A stretch of DNA of 63,989 nucleotides, the filler included, from Diploschistes diacapsis (lineage: Eukaryota), in assembly GCA_023645945.1 (NCBI GenBank). It is 7 parts of 7 records of this genome, joined end to end, with 100 filler letters (N's around TTAATTAATTAA, not from the genome) between each part and the next. Parts side by side here need not be neighbours in the genome. Positions count along the whole stretch, not along the records: positions 1 to 28,517 come from JALAIB010000147.1; 6 more parts are not named here. One strand, given 5' to 3'. A program made the translations under genes and the position numbers. Shown one piece after another: positions 1-12,819 of the stretch (within the stretch, counting starts at the first letter, position 1; the number at the start of each line of letters is the position of its first letter). The notes under the pieces are model-generated. The model worked only from the letters and a program-made list of their open reading frames with translations. It searched no databases and was not told where the DNA came from.

Positions 1-868
1 GGGAGAAGTCAGGTGGGAACGAGAGCGCTTGTTGGATAGAGAACGCGGCCCAGAGGAGGCGATATCCTGGACGCAGGGCGTCGAGCAGGCAGGTGCTTTC
101 TCAACTGGCGCCGGATGGGGGGCCAGCGGTTTCCTTTGGACGAAGGATCAAAGGATCAAGATTATTAATAATAACAATTTATGACGCCGCAACGAAAGAA
201 AAGCAGAGCGTACAAAGGTAGCAGCTCCGCGAACCATACAGAGAGACACATATAAAATCGCGACGGCCTTGGAATATTTTTTTTTCTCCTACCCCCTTTT
301 CTACGAGTGGCATGTTTTTTCTCGCTTGGAACAGTCAAGTAGTCAGTCAGTCAGTCAGTCATACAGAGGAGCAAAAAAAGGGGCCATGCTCCCCCCCCCC
401 CCCCTCCTCTACCCAAGCTTTATCAAATCCCAATGAATGGGAATTTGTGGGCGATCGTGTCGTGTCGTGTTCGCTTGGTGCACATAAGATTTATGACTTT
501 TTTTTATGTGTTTTTTTTAAAAACCAAACTCGGCTGAAAAAAAAAATTTCAAAAAATTCTGGATAGCGTTCACAATACACACACACACCCCCCCTTGTTC
601 GCGCGGCTGGTAAAATAGTTCTTCTTTATGTACAAAAGTCCGATCGGTCCCCTGACCCGCCCGATCGAAAGGCTTTCGGTGGCACACACATCCCTAGAGC
701 TAGAAAGCCCCCCACTCGGTTTTCTAACATACGGGGATTCTGTTCCCTTTGGAAATATCACACCACGCTGGTTGAAACAAAGCCAGTTGGACATACGCCT
801 TCCTGCAATGCCTGTCCTTACACGGAGCCGAAGCTGGCGCGGCAAATAAAAAAAAAATATGGGAGCCA

Positions 869-3800
869 TCATGATGAAGATCCGGCCATCTGCGCCTGCG
901 GAGGTCGCGGGCTCGGGCTGGCGCCGTTCGGCATCGAGCCGCGTCTGCTCGGGACGTTGCCCACGCTGCCCTGGCTTCCGGGACGTATCCCGTTGGCTTC
1001 GTCGTGCGAGCCGCCGCCTCCGCCCCCGCCGCCTCCGGTCGGGCCGTTCCGGTTCGGTTGCTGCGTGGCCTGGTGGGAGCGCACATACTGCGCGTATAGT
1101 TGTGGGTTCATCATGTTGGCGTTGGCGCTGGCGCTGAACGCCATCTGTTGCTGCGGCGAGAGCTGTACGTTGCTGTTCATGGCCATGTTGTTGCTGTTTG
1201 TCTGCTGGATGTTTCGCAGCTGCTGGCTGAGCTGAGTGGTGGCCATCTGCTTGATCTGCTCCGGACTCGCTCCAGGGTGTCTGGCTTTGAGGTGGTTCGA
1301 GATTTGATTGAGCACGGGATAAACGCCGCTGGGCATCTGCTGCGACTGCATGTTACCGCCAATCCCAGGCGAGGCTGACGAGCGAGATTGGTTCGAGGTG
1401 CCGTTTGTTGCTGGACTCAGTTTACCGTTGGCAGCCTGCATATTAGCTAGCATCGCAGCATTTTGCTGAAGCGGCATGTTCATGTTTCCGTTATATGAAG
1501 TGGAAGGGAGGCCGTTCAGACCGTTACTTTGCACTTGTTGCTGTTGCTGCCTCTGTTGCTGCTGCTGCATCAGGCGCTGCTGTTCTTGCTGTAGGCGCGC
1601 AGCCTCAAGCACGATCCTGTCCTGGCCACTGTGGGTGGAAAGTCGCTGCTGACTGGACATGTACGGCTGCATTGACGCTTGCGGAACGTTGCCCACTCCC
1701 CGTATAACAGTCTGGTTGCTTGCACCAGGGTTGCTACTTGGCGTAGCATCGGCCATCGCAGCTGGATGGGGTATACCTCGGTTTCCAGGAGGCATGCCGT
1801 TTGGCGGCAAGGAAGACAGAGGATTGTTTCCGACACCATTTGGCTGAGTAGGAAGGCCGCTTCTGCTGACCTGTGGCATCCCAGATGTGGATTGTGCGCC
1901 GGCCTGCTGAGCGGCCATCTTCTGCGCAACAGCAGCCTTGAAGCTTGTTAATGCCATGGGCAAAGGAGGGAAGACGAGCGACGTACCCTTTGCGTGGCCA
2001 CAAGCTGCTGCCTGTACAACATCTGCTTCTCGCGATATTCGCATTCCTGCTTGTGCTTGTGCGCACTAAGTTCTCGAGGGGTCTGCATCCTCTGCCGTGG
2101 TTGCGTGGGCTCGGTAGCTTTCCTCATCGTAGCAAGTGAAGCAACTGATGAGGTTTCAGCGAAATCCTCGGAGAGGGGATCTGGGGCTTTCCTACTGTGT
2201 TGCTGCTTCTGGTGTGCAGCCTCCCTCTTCTTCGCTAATTTGAACATGCTATGTACAAGTGTCACGTGCTTCGTTTGCCTCCTCTGTCCTACCATTATTG
2301 GTTCCGCAGTGCGTCTCCTCACTGCTGTTTGCGATGTGTTGCTGCTCTGTTGCTGGGCATTGAACGAGTTCTCCAGATGTTCCTTCGCGCTGTCTCGGCG
2401 GGTATTCCAAGTTCGGAAATACTGGTGCTTCCCCATACCTCCAGGAAGACCCTCAAACGAGACCCAACGCTCGAAACATTCCCAAGGCGTCCTCCTCTCC
2501 GCTGCGGACGAGAACAGGGAAGACGACGAACAGGAGGCAGCAATCAGAGACCAATTGTATTCGTAGTCTCTCACTAGTCTTCGAAGCTGGTCATCTTCCG
2601 CGACGGTCCATTGCGAGGGTGTCCGCGACTCGAAAAATGCCTGCGAAGGCATGTTAAACTCCGAAGGGGGTCTGAAAGCATGCGATGCATGAAGCCTTGA
2701 GATGATGTGCTTGCTTTCTGGGTTGAATAGAGCGACGTTATCCTTCTCTGGTACCAGGGAGTCTTTGCCATGTACCAGTGGCAGAAGGGTCCGTCCAGAC
2801 GGGTCATGGCCGATCTCGTCTTCTTCTTCGTAGTCGTATCGGCTTCGCTTTCGCAGAGGCCCCTGCTCCTTCATCACCATCTTGCCGGTAGCGAACTTGG
2901 TCACGGGCACAAGCGGCTGTTTCCACTCGCTGTCCAAGACGACACTGTATGGCCGCTTCTTGCCCCGAACGTCCTTGTAGACCTCGTACATTGGAAGCTC
3001 TTCGAGCAATTTGTCTGCCGATGGTGTATGGTGCATACTGAACACAACGTCTTCCGGCGCAAGAGTAAACAGCGCTCCGGGTGCAATTGATCTAGACATG
3101 TCGACACTGGGAACTTCATCATCGGCTATATCACTTGCATCATCGGCCGTTGACGGGATTAAGTCAGGAGTTGTTTCGGAATGTGAACTGCCATTAGCGA
3201 TTGGAAGTGAAACAGGTGTTATACGGTTGTCCTCGTTAGGAAGTTGCGCCGACTTTTGTGGTTTTACCTGCAAAGCCATCCGCTTTTCTGGAGAGTTACA
3301 GAACCATTCCGCACACCAATCAGCCAGATTTTTCGCAGCCGCGATCTTCCATTTCCTCTCCTCACGGAAATCTGTCCGCATCCACTTTGCTTCTCCCAAT
3401 AGCAGATCCCAGTGTGATACTGGTCGCTCGGGCTCCGATGAGCGCTCCATTTGTCGGAGTGACCATCGATTCGAGTTTTGGAGGTGATATATTCTCTTGA
3501 GCATGCGAGTATCTTGAGTTTCGCGGTATTCAAGGTAATGATTATCGGTGTCAAGAACCTTTGATGACGACGCAATCAAATTGGGAAGTGTTGGTGTTTG
3601 AGCTGTAGCTTGGGTGGCGAAAAGAGTAACAAGATAGTCCTTAGGCTCGGGTGCCTTCTCCTTGCGATGAACATCGTCGGGTTTAGCTTTCAAGGTAGCG
3701 CGACCGCCGGAGAGCTGTTGCCGAGGAAAAACCACAGCGGACAACTTACTCCGGTCCTTTTCTCTCTCTTTGAGCTCGTTCAGGCGGGAACGGAAAGTGG

Positions 3801-5298
3801 CAGATTCAGGCGAGGCAACAAGGCGGCCCACGAAGGGTGTTTGCGTGCCAATCTCGCGAAGCTCATTGCTAACAGCGCACGGAGAGCCCTTCTCTTTCCC
3901 CAAAGCTGATCTTGGTGCCTCACCCAAGATTTCAGATACAGATTTATGACGGAGCACACCAGACGCGTTTCGTGTAGCCATACGTTCTGGAGGCGATGTC
4001 TGCATAGCCATGTGATCTGACCTGAGTGGTGTGGTTGAGTCCGAGGAAGCTTGAGTATTGTAGATAGAGGTATGACGGCTGGTGTCAGTGTCGATCCGCA
4101 TTGGACTTTTCCGGTCAGCGGTCGAACGACCAGATGGGCTTCGCCGCAATGCAAGGCTTGAGCCCAATGCTTCACTACGAGGAACTCCGAGATCATTGCT
4201 TGCTAACTGCATCGCTTGTATAGCCTCTTTGCCGACCTTGTCAATCTCGGGGACTTCCCGTGAGGCACTCGGCTTTGTACTATATTGGCTGCTATTGGCG
4301 GCTTCAAGTTGCAGCTGCGCACTTGGACCCGAACCTTGGTTTGCTGGGGGTGTAACCGTAGAAAGTTCTATTGGCTGAGATGGTCCCAGGCTGGATTCTG
4401 GTGGGCCTTTTTGCTCGTGACTGAGCACGTCCAACGCTCGAGTGCTATTATCGTGTGCTTTGGCGGTTTGGCACATAGCAAGGTCTTCTGAAGATGAGCT
4501 TCTGCCTGAGCGCACTTGCCTCTGACCAAGTTGGCTTTGAGGTTGCAGCTGATTGCTGAAGTCCAGGGCCACTGCTTCCAGGGGTCTCCTTGGTCCAGCT
4601 TCAATACCAGAAGTGTCATCTCTTTGCAATACCACATTAGCAAGCACGCCCTCCATGCGATCCGTATCTGCAATCTCGAAGGCTGTCGTCGCGTTCGACG
4701 GGTTCGGCGAAACTCTCTCTGACAATGGTATTTTCGGCGACGCCGCCAAGTCATGTTGGCCAGGTTTGCCATGAGCTTGCGCATCATGTATTGGGCTAGG
4801 CTTCGCTTTGGCGGAGGAGTCTTCATCAACAACATTATCGGTGGATAGTGAGGAAGTTGCAGTACCATTCTCGCGGGCAGAAGTTGCGCCTGAGGACCTT
4901 ATATGGCTGTTGAGGTCACTCCGAATGCGAAGCAATGTGTTGACATCGAAGTATCGGCTCCTGTGTGAGATCAGCAAGCCCCAAACCACTGCCAAAGCGT
5001 AGTACTTGGATCGTCTTACTTCGATAAGTCGTTAGCATCCAGAAAGGTGGCTTCGTTGAGGATCCTGTTTTCATTTTGCGCAACATGGCGACCTGACTCC
5101 TCGGGCCCCGCAAAAGCTACGGTCGCATGGTAAAGCTCTCGCAACTTGCGCTTACGATTGGCGACAACATTCCTGTTTGCCCATATGAGCGATTTAATTC
5201 CTTCTCAAGAGCGAACTGAGTAGATCGAGCTTTAATATAAGAATTTTGACCTACCCAAGCTCATGGCGTTTGGTTTTGAGAATCCCGTCGCGTATCAT
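869..5298 (-). CDS. EAF1: NuA4 histone acetyltransferase scaffold subunit Eaf1/Vid21 (HSA + Myb/SANT domains, Q/N-rich C-terminus)
   Basis: Spliced model: ATG 5298; GT-AG introns 5173-5254, 4961-5019, 2145-2195 (in-frame), 1937-1986. N-terminus MIRDGILKTKRHELGNVVANRKRKLRELYHATV; HSA motif HWDLLLGEAKWMRTDFREERKWK; SANT motif WTVAEDDQLRRLVRDYEYNWSLIA...RRTPWECFERW. Confidence 0.93.
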
Positions 5299-5656
5299 TG
5301 AATCGTTGTCCACCCTGCGACATCTGAGAAAAGCGCCGAGAACGACGAGCCAGAAGTACTGCAGCTCATAAAGATATCACTTCATGGTATCTTTGTCTCG
5401 TATCAAGATTCTCGTGATGGAAATCGCGAATGGTCAAGGCTTTCTTGATGGATACCGAACGAGGGAGAGTTTGTAGTTTCTTTGCGATATCCGGAAGATA
5501 CCCGCCTGATAGCCCGATAGCCCCGACTAAGGCATGTTGAAAATTCCCCCAGGCACTTTGGTGATAATCTTGTATATCTACTCTACTCAAACTTACCTAC
5601 GTCCCCAACATTCATATACCGCGACAACTCTGCAGCTTCCAAGATACAAAAGAGAC

Positions 5657-7278
5657 ATGAGTAAGAGAAAAAGAAAAAGAAGTGATCAGGAGCAAACTCC
5701 CACGAGTCCGAGCAAGAGGATTGCGTATAGTCCAAACGTAACAGCATCCACGAATGGAGCAGTTCAAAATTCTGTCGTCAAGAAGAGCATCCAGATTATC
5801 ACTGGCTCTTACGACAAGGTGTTGCATGGAATCATAGCTACGATTTCTTTCGATCCCACACTTGGTGGTGCCTCTTCCAGAGAGGCCAAGTTCAGCGACA
5901 ACTTTCTCTTTAATGCACACAATTCAGCTATTCGATGCCTTGCTCTGTCTCCTACCTCTCGCGATGGCCGCGGACCCGAGAGATTGATTCTTGCGAGTGG
6001 CGGTACTGATGAGAGGATTAACCTCTACCATATCTCGAGCTCTTTACCAGATGACGGTACGAAGGAACCGGTGGTTTCTACTATACTTGCTGCGGACTCT
6101 AATCTCCAAAACCCAAAAAATAAGGAACTAGGCTCCCTCCTACATCATGCTTCAAACGTCAATGTTCTTCATTTTACCAGTCGGTCAAAGCTCTTATCGG
6201 CGGCCGATGACAACACCGTCGCTATTTGCCGCACTCGGGACTGGACTGTCCTGTCGACAATCAAGGCACCAGTTCCGAAAGTAGCGGGTCGACCCTCTGG
6301 CGATACCGCACCTCCTGGGGGAGCGCCAAGTGGCATGAATGATTTCGCCGTCCATCCCAGTCAAAAGCTAATGATCAGTGTGGGAAAGGGGGAAAAGTGC
6401 ATGCGACTTTGGAATCTTGTAACAGGGAAGAAAGCCGGCGTATTGAATTTTGAGAGGGAATTGTTGCAAGCACTTGGAGAAAGTCGATGGGCTAGGGGCG
6501 AGGGAAGGAAGGTGACCTGGAATGCTGCTGGCACACAATTTGCGGTTGCATTCGAAAAAGGAGCCGTACTGTTTGGCATGGTACGAAATCATACTCTCTT
6601 CTTCCAACGCCGATAATTGATCGTCAACAGAATTCGGAACCAATAGGTATCATTGCACCTCGTCCTTTGACAAAACTGCATCAAATGCAGTACATTCAGT
6701 GCAATGCAAGCGATGAAAATGCTGTCGAGCTTTTAGCGATATCCACAGAGGACGGAAGGATTCTCTTCTATTCTTGTGATACTAACTATCCTCAAACGCA
6801 GGACATGGAGCCTCCACCAACAGCTTCTCATTCACCGTATTGCCGCTGCATAGCGTCATTGGGAGGGAATGAGCGGGCTGTAGGCGTGAGAATCAAAGAC
6901 TTCGCATGTCTAGACGTCGGCGTTAACATGAAGATCATCGTCACGGCTGGAAGTGACGGAGTGGTCCGAATATGGCTCGTGCAAGATACAGAGCTAATAC
7001 ATCCTACTAGACCAGATAACGTCCACACGTCGAACAGCAACAATGCCATCAATAGTACGGGTATGGATGATGGAAATTCTGAATCTCAGAAGAATGAAAC
7101 TTTCGAAAGTGCTCATGTTGGGTCATTGCTAGGGGTATACGAAACAAGCAATAGAATCACATGTATGAAGGCAATCCTACTACGGCAGTCAGATGACTCG
7201 TTTCACAATCAGCACGACGAGGAGGAGGAGAAGGAGGAGGAGGAGGATTTTGTAGGGTTCGACTCATTAGATGTATAA
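5657..7278 (+). CDS. MAK11: WD40 60S ribosome biogenesis protein Mak11 (PAK1IP1 family)
   Basis: IQIITGSYDKVLHG, FLFNAHNSAIRCLA, LASGGTDERINLY, FAVHPSQKLMISVGKGEKCMRLWNLVTGKKAGVLNF, terminal RITCMKA plus acidic tail. Intron 6581-6630 joins the two ORFs in frame. Confidence 0.88.
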
Positions 7279-7729
7279 CCGCAAGCAGAATTCATTTATT
7301 GCAAAGCGTTGAATTCGCAAAACATGACACAACCTCTCCGAGGATATACTCACGTGACATGCGAGTTGAAAGATTTGCGGAGTTACTTTATTACGTGAAA
7401 GACAGACGGAGATAGCACCTTTACTCCGGTCTGAAATTTATTGTATCCATACAAGTGGGAGACCAATGACTCTAAATTCCATAGCTAATATCAAACACAA
7501 CTCGCCCTCCGTTGACAGAACTTCGATCGAAGATCTCTCAGAGGCAGATTCTCCTTATCTGAAGCGAATATTCGGCATCATTCCCAAAATCCCAACCACG
7601 TCCACAGATTGGGAACGAGTATCTGACAACCAACCCCACCTCGAGATCGTGATTGCAGCATTTTAGGCTTGTCTGTCTGACGACCCAGACTGCGGAAACA
7701 TCTTCAAGAGTCGTTCGGCTCCCGCCATC

Positions 7730-9386
7730 ATGGCTACTAATGGAGACTTTCTCTCTGATGAAGAGTCTATTCCGGGATCCCCACCTTTTGAAGGCGCAGA
7801 CGGTGCGGGTGACGATATCGAGGAAGAAGAGCAAGAAATCACGAAACCTAAGTCAGCATTGAAAAAGACTTCAAAACCAGAACCTGTTCCTCCGGCTCAA
7901 CGACCAGAGCTGCCAGAGCAACGGGATCCCAACACCTTCGATGTTACAGAGCTGACCCCGCTTTCTCCTGAGATTATTGCAAGGCAAGCGACAATCAACA
8001 TTGGAACGATAGGACATGTCGCGCATGGTAAATCAACGGTTGTGAAAGCCATATCGGGAGTTCAGACCGTCCGCTTCAAGAATGAGCTTGAGAGAAATAT
8101 TACTATTAAGCTAGGCTACGCCAATGCCAAGGTGTACAAATGCGACAATGAAGAATGCCCTAGGCCGGGCTGCTATCGGAGTTTCAAAAGTGAGAAGGAG
8201 GTTGATCCCCCGTGCGAGCGAGAAGGATGCACAGGTCGATATCAATTATTGAGACATGTTTCGTAGGTGACATCCTGACGCTTACAAACGCTTTCACTGA
8301 CCTTTGAGATGTCCAGTTTTGTAGACTGCCCAGGCCACGATATTCTTATGAGCACCATGCTTTCTGGGGCAGCGGTTATGGATGCCGCACTGCTACTGAT
8401 TGCCGGTAACGAAACGTGCCCTCAGCCGCAGACATCAGAGCATCTGGCCGCAATTGAGATCATGAAGCTGAAACACATCATCATTCTACAAAATAAGGTC
8501 GATCTAATGCGAGAAGAAGGAGCCGATCAGCATTTTCAGTCCATACTGAAATTCATTCGTGGTACCGTTGCCGATGGTTCTCCAGTCATTCCCATCTCGG
8601 CGCAGCTCAAATACAACATTGACGCCATCAACGAATACTTGATCACTCGAATACCCGTTCCACCTCGAGACTTTGGTGCGGCTCCGCATATGATCGTGAT
8701 TCGATCTTTCGACGTTAACAAGCCAGGTGCTGAGATAGAAGATCTCAGAGGCGGTGTGGCTGGAGGTAGTATCCTGACCGGGGTTCTTAAGCTAGGCGAC
8801 GAGATCGAGATTCGTCCGGGCATAGTAACAAAAGACCAGAATGGCCAGATCAAGTGCAGTCCCATTTTCAGTAGAGTGGTGTCACTGCTTGCTGAACAAA
8901 ACGATCTCAGATTCGCCGTTCCCGGTGGGCTCATTGGCGTCGGCACACGCATTGATCCTACACTCTGCCGAGCCGACCGTCTTGTCGGCCATGTTCTAGG
9001 CCTCAAGGGAAATCTACCAGCTATCTACAACGAGCTCGAGGTCAACTATTTTCTGCTTCGACGTCTTCTGGGAGTAAAAACTGCAGACGGAAAGCAAGCA
9101 AAAGTCGCAAAGTTGGCAAAGAACGAGGTGCTGATGGTCAACATTGGATCGACTGCTACTGGCGCAAAGGTTCAGGGCGTTAGGGCAGATGCTGCCAAGC
9201 TAAGCTTGACAAGTCCTGCGTGCACAGATATAGGAGAGAAGATTGCCCTCAGCAGGCGGATTGACAAACATTGGAGACTTATCGGATGGGCCAACATCGT
9301 TGCGTAAGTAATGCTCCTCTCCAATCCCTCTTGCAGGCCCTAATCAGGCACCCAGTGGCGTGACCCTTGAGCCAAGCAAGGATTGA
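7730..9386 (+). CDS. GCD11: Translation initiation factor eIF2 gamma subunit
   Basis: [20 protein letters not shown] (G1), DCPGHDILM (G3), NKVD (G4), [12 protein letters not shown]. Introns 8263-8316 and 9304-9355; last exon ends GVTLEPSKD*. Confidence 0.97.
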
Positions 9387-9645
9387 GGTTATTCACCAAC
9401 AAACTTGGTGGACGTAACAATATATCAGTTACAGCACTCAAGCTATGGCGCCGACACAAGCGTAAGCGAGGTACAATGTCTCACTTTACCGATAGTGAGG
9501 CGCTCCAAGCAGGACGCTCGTTTAATCCGAGCACTAGAACCTGAACGATGTTATTGGGATGCTTGCAGCGTCGCAAGGCAGGGTCATGCAATAACAGAAG
9601 CAACCGTGAGTAAATCCTAAACGATTTGGATCGATTTGCTCGAAA

Positions 9646-10409
9646 TTACTTTGTACCTAATCTACTGATGATGCTCTGATGTGTGACCCTATGACTTTCC
9701 TCGATCTGTCCTTTGATGAAGGAGCCTAAGCCCCAAAGGCACTCGATCTTGCCGTCCTCGGCCAAGAAGCGCCGCTGAGTAGACCCGTCCCTCCCCTCCT
9801 GCACGGAAAATGTCGTCCAGCTTCGCATACCCATTACGCCAGGAACCTCAACTACAGCGCTTGTGCCACTGTGGATGTTAACAAAACCGGCCGTGTACCT
9901 GGATCAACCGTCAGCCAGGCCCCTTCCAACCTTCGAAGCCCAGCGGGAGCAAGATGGTACGGATCTTGCTCTGGATTGTAGAGCATCAGAAATTTCTAGG
10001 GCACTTTTTGAACTCTGGCAGAAAACGATCGTAAAAAAATTTGCCCTGCCACTTACTTTAGATTACCCAGCAGCTTGCCCAAGGGGTTAGCTATTTGCAG
10101 CTCCCAAAACTCCACATCCCACGATCGCTGCGCTCGGGCTTCGCTCTCGCTCGCCGCCGCGGCGCCGAGATCCCTCACGATCCTCTGCATCTCGGCCCTC
10201 AACCATTCGCTGACGCCCGGAAACCCCGCGACGTCGGCTCCGGCCTCGACCGACTGTTTGCCCAGCCGTGTTCGCTCGAGGAGGTGCCCGTCGAGGGACA
10301 TGTAGGCGTCGTGGTCCTGTATCAGCTCCAGCACGGCCGACGCTTCGACGGACCCCGGAAGCTCGCTCCGGATCGCAACGTTCAGTATCGTTGTCGTCGT
10401 CGGCGCCAT
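9646..10409 (-). CDS. Conserved fungal hypothetical protein (resembles DUF7053-type proteins)
   Basis: Exon 1 reads MAPTTTTILNVAIRSELPGSVEASAVLELIQDHDAYMSLDGHL. A GT-AG intron at about 9900-10057 leads to YTAGFVNIHSG...FLAEDGKIECLWGLGSFIKGQIEESHRVTHQ. Family assignment is by motif spacing from memory only. Confidence 0.55.
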
Positions 10410-10965
10410 TCATATATACTTTGTACCACGTCGCGCGCCCGCGCTGAATATCGCTGTGTGAAAACAGGGGTTATTTTTGATGTCTGAAAAAACATGAAAT
10501 GACTTCGGCCGCTGTTTTTCACGCACGCATTTCTCTCCCTTTTTTTTCTTTTGGGTTGGCTCTCTGCCCTAGCAGGGCTGGTTTGACTATTATTCCCAAC
10601 AAATGTCTTTTTAAAAGAGGGGGAGGAGGGTCTCTATTGAGGGTCGCGTAAGGGGCCCCCCTGGGAGATATGGGAGAAAAGTTTTATAGATTGAGGAAAT
10701 GCCAAGCAGTTTCAATGCGAGTGCGGAATTCTTTAAAAATACCCTATGGTTCCTGGTTCCGTACTCTACTGGAAACTGTATGGTATTATTCCCGTGATTT
10801 TTACACACCTGCTCTGACAAGCCGCCAGCCATTGGCTATTAACTACGGCAACTTTCCCCGCTACGAAGCCAACCTCGTCTGTGGTACGATCAGTGACTCG
10901 TCCAGAAGGCATCGACGCTGCCTTGTTTACACGGATATCTGTTCTCGTCCATCTAGATCACTACA

Positions 10966-12612
10966 ATGACGGCCGAAAAGGCCAGCAACAATGAAGCCAC
11001 AACGGCCATGGAGCCCTACTCCGTCTTCACCCGCCCCGAAAAATGGTGCATCATCGCCATGGTCTCCTACGCCGCCTGGTTCTCGACACTCAGCAGCTTC
11101 ATCTACTACCCTGCCCTGCCCGCGTTGGCAATCACTCTGGGCGTCTCCATCAGCGATATCAATTTGACCGTCACGACGTACATGGCTGTCGCCACGATCG
11201 CGCCGAGTCTGGTCGGTGACGCCGCCGATATTCTAGGCCGGCGCATGGTCTATCTGATTATATTGAGCGTCTATTGTGTGGCGAACCTGGCTATCGCGCT
11301 GACGCAGTCGTATTTGGCGCTTCTCGGGCTGAGGGTGTTGCAGGCTTTGGCGATCTCTGGTGGGTGATTTCGAACTGAGTAGGGGCTGGATCTCATCCCG
11401 CTGCAGGTACCTTTTCGATTGCTTATGGCGTCGTCACGGATGTTGCGTCGCCTGCCGAGAGGGGATCCTATGCTGCGCTCGTCTCTTTTGCGTGGGTTAG
11501 CTCCCCCGTGCTCGTAGAAGGATACCCTGACGCCGTCCAAGGATTACTATTGCTCCGAGCGTTGGACCGATTCTAGGCGGGGGCCTGACGTTTGCCGCCG
11601 GTTGGCCTTGGATCTTCTGGTTCCTGTGCATCGCTTCCGGGTCGTGCCTCCTTTCAATGGTCTTTTTCCTGCCTGAGACCTCTCGCAGCATCGTTGGTAA
11701 CGGATCGATCCGGCCACCGAAGCACCTTCAACTGCCCGTTCCGTTGCTAATGTGCCACTGGAAAGACAATCATGTCGCAGCAGCCTTCAGATGGCGGGTG
11801 CCAAATCCGCTGAAATCTCTGGCTATACTGGTTCGAAAAGACAATGCGATCGTCATTCTTGCTTGCGGCTTCCTTTATGTCGTGTACACATGCATTAACG
11901 CTTCGCTTTCTACGCTGTTTATCAGCATCTATAAGCTAAATCAATGGGAGGCGGGCCTGATCTACCTTCCGTTTGGACTCGGCGGAGTGACTTCGACCTT
12001 CATTTCGGGCCGACTCCTAGACCAAGCATATCGCAGATCGAGACTGGAACAAGGCTTGTCCATAGACAAGGTTGTGGGGGACGACCTAGATAATTTCCAT
12101 ATTGAAAAGGCCCGCCTGCGAGTCATATGGATTCCTATGGCTCTTACTGCTTGCTCTGTCGTGGCATTTGGTTGGGTTCTGAATTACCATCAGGTGCGTC
12201 TTTCGCTCTTCGAGCAAAATGTTTGAATATTGATATCGATTGAGAACATTGCTATTCCGCTTTTCCTTCAATTCGTTGCTGGTGTGTGCATGCAACTGGA
12301 TTTTAGCGTAAGTCAGCTTCCGTCTCGGACACCAGTGGTTTCGAGTGACAATTGATCAAGATATATAATACCTTACTTATTGACAAGAATCATCGGGCGC
12401 CAGCGGCTGCTCAGGCCTCGAGTAATATTGTACGCTGCACACTAGCAGCTATTTGCGTGGCGTTCTTGCAGAACATGATCGATGCCATGAGCATTGGTTG
12501 GATTTTCACCTTCATGGGCGCTCTATGTTTGATTGCAATTACTTTTTTTATCATCGACTATTATTGTGGAATGATATGGAGACGGAAGCGAGCCCTTGCA
12601 GAAGTGGCCTAA
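10966..12612 (+). CDS. MFS transporter, drug:H+ antiporter (DHA1-like)
   Basis: YSVFTRPEKWCI..., SSFIYYPALP, GDAADILGRR (motif A), GPILGG/GWPWIFWFL, FFLPETSRSIVGNGS, AAAQASSNIVRC. About 4 GT-AG introns. Confidence 0.9.
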
Positions 12613-12819
12613 CATTAGACTGAGAGACAGCGCGATTATACGGGATAGATATATTATGCGTGCTGCTGTGCTGGCCTCCGTTAACGAAACTAAAAGGGCT
12701 TAGAGCGCACGGGAATATGAAAGGTGGCCCTGAGGAAGACTCCAACGCCATTAGCTTCTAATTACCGTCGTTCAAAGTATCTGCAATTATCAATAGCCTG
12801 AACAACCTGACCACATCTT

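Noticed and set aside
1..860. Short ORFs, homopolymer runs and (TCAG)n near the window start
   Set aside because: Low-complexity UTR or intergenic sequence; no recognisable protein or RNA gene.
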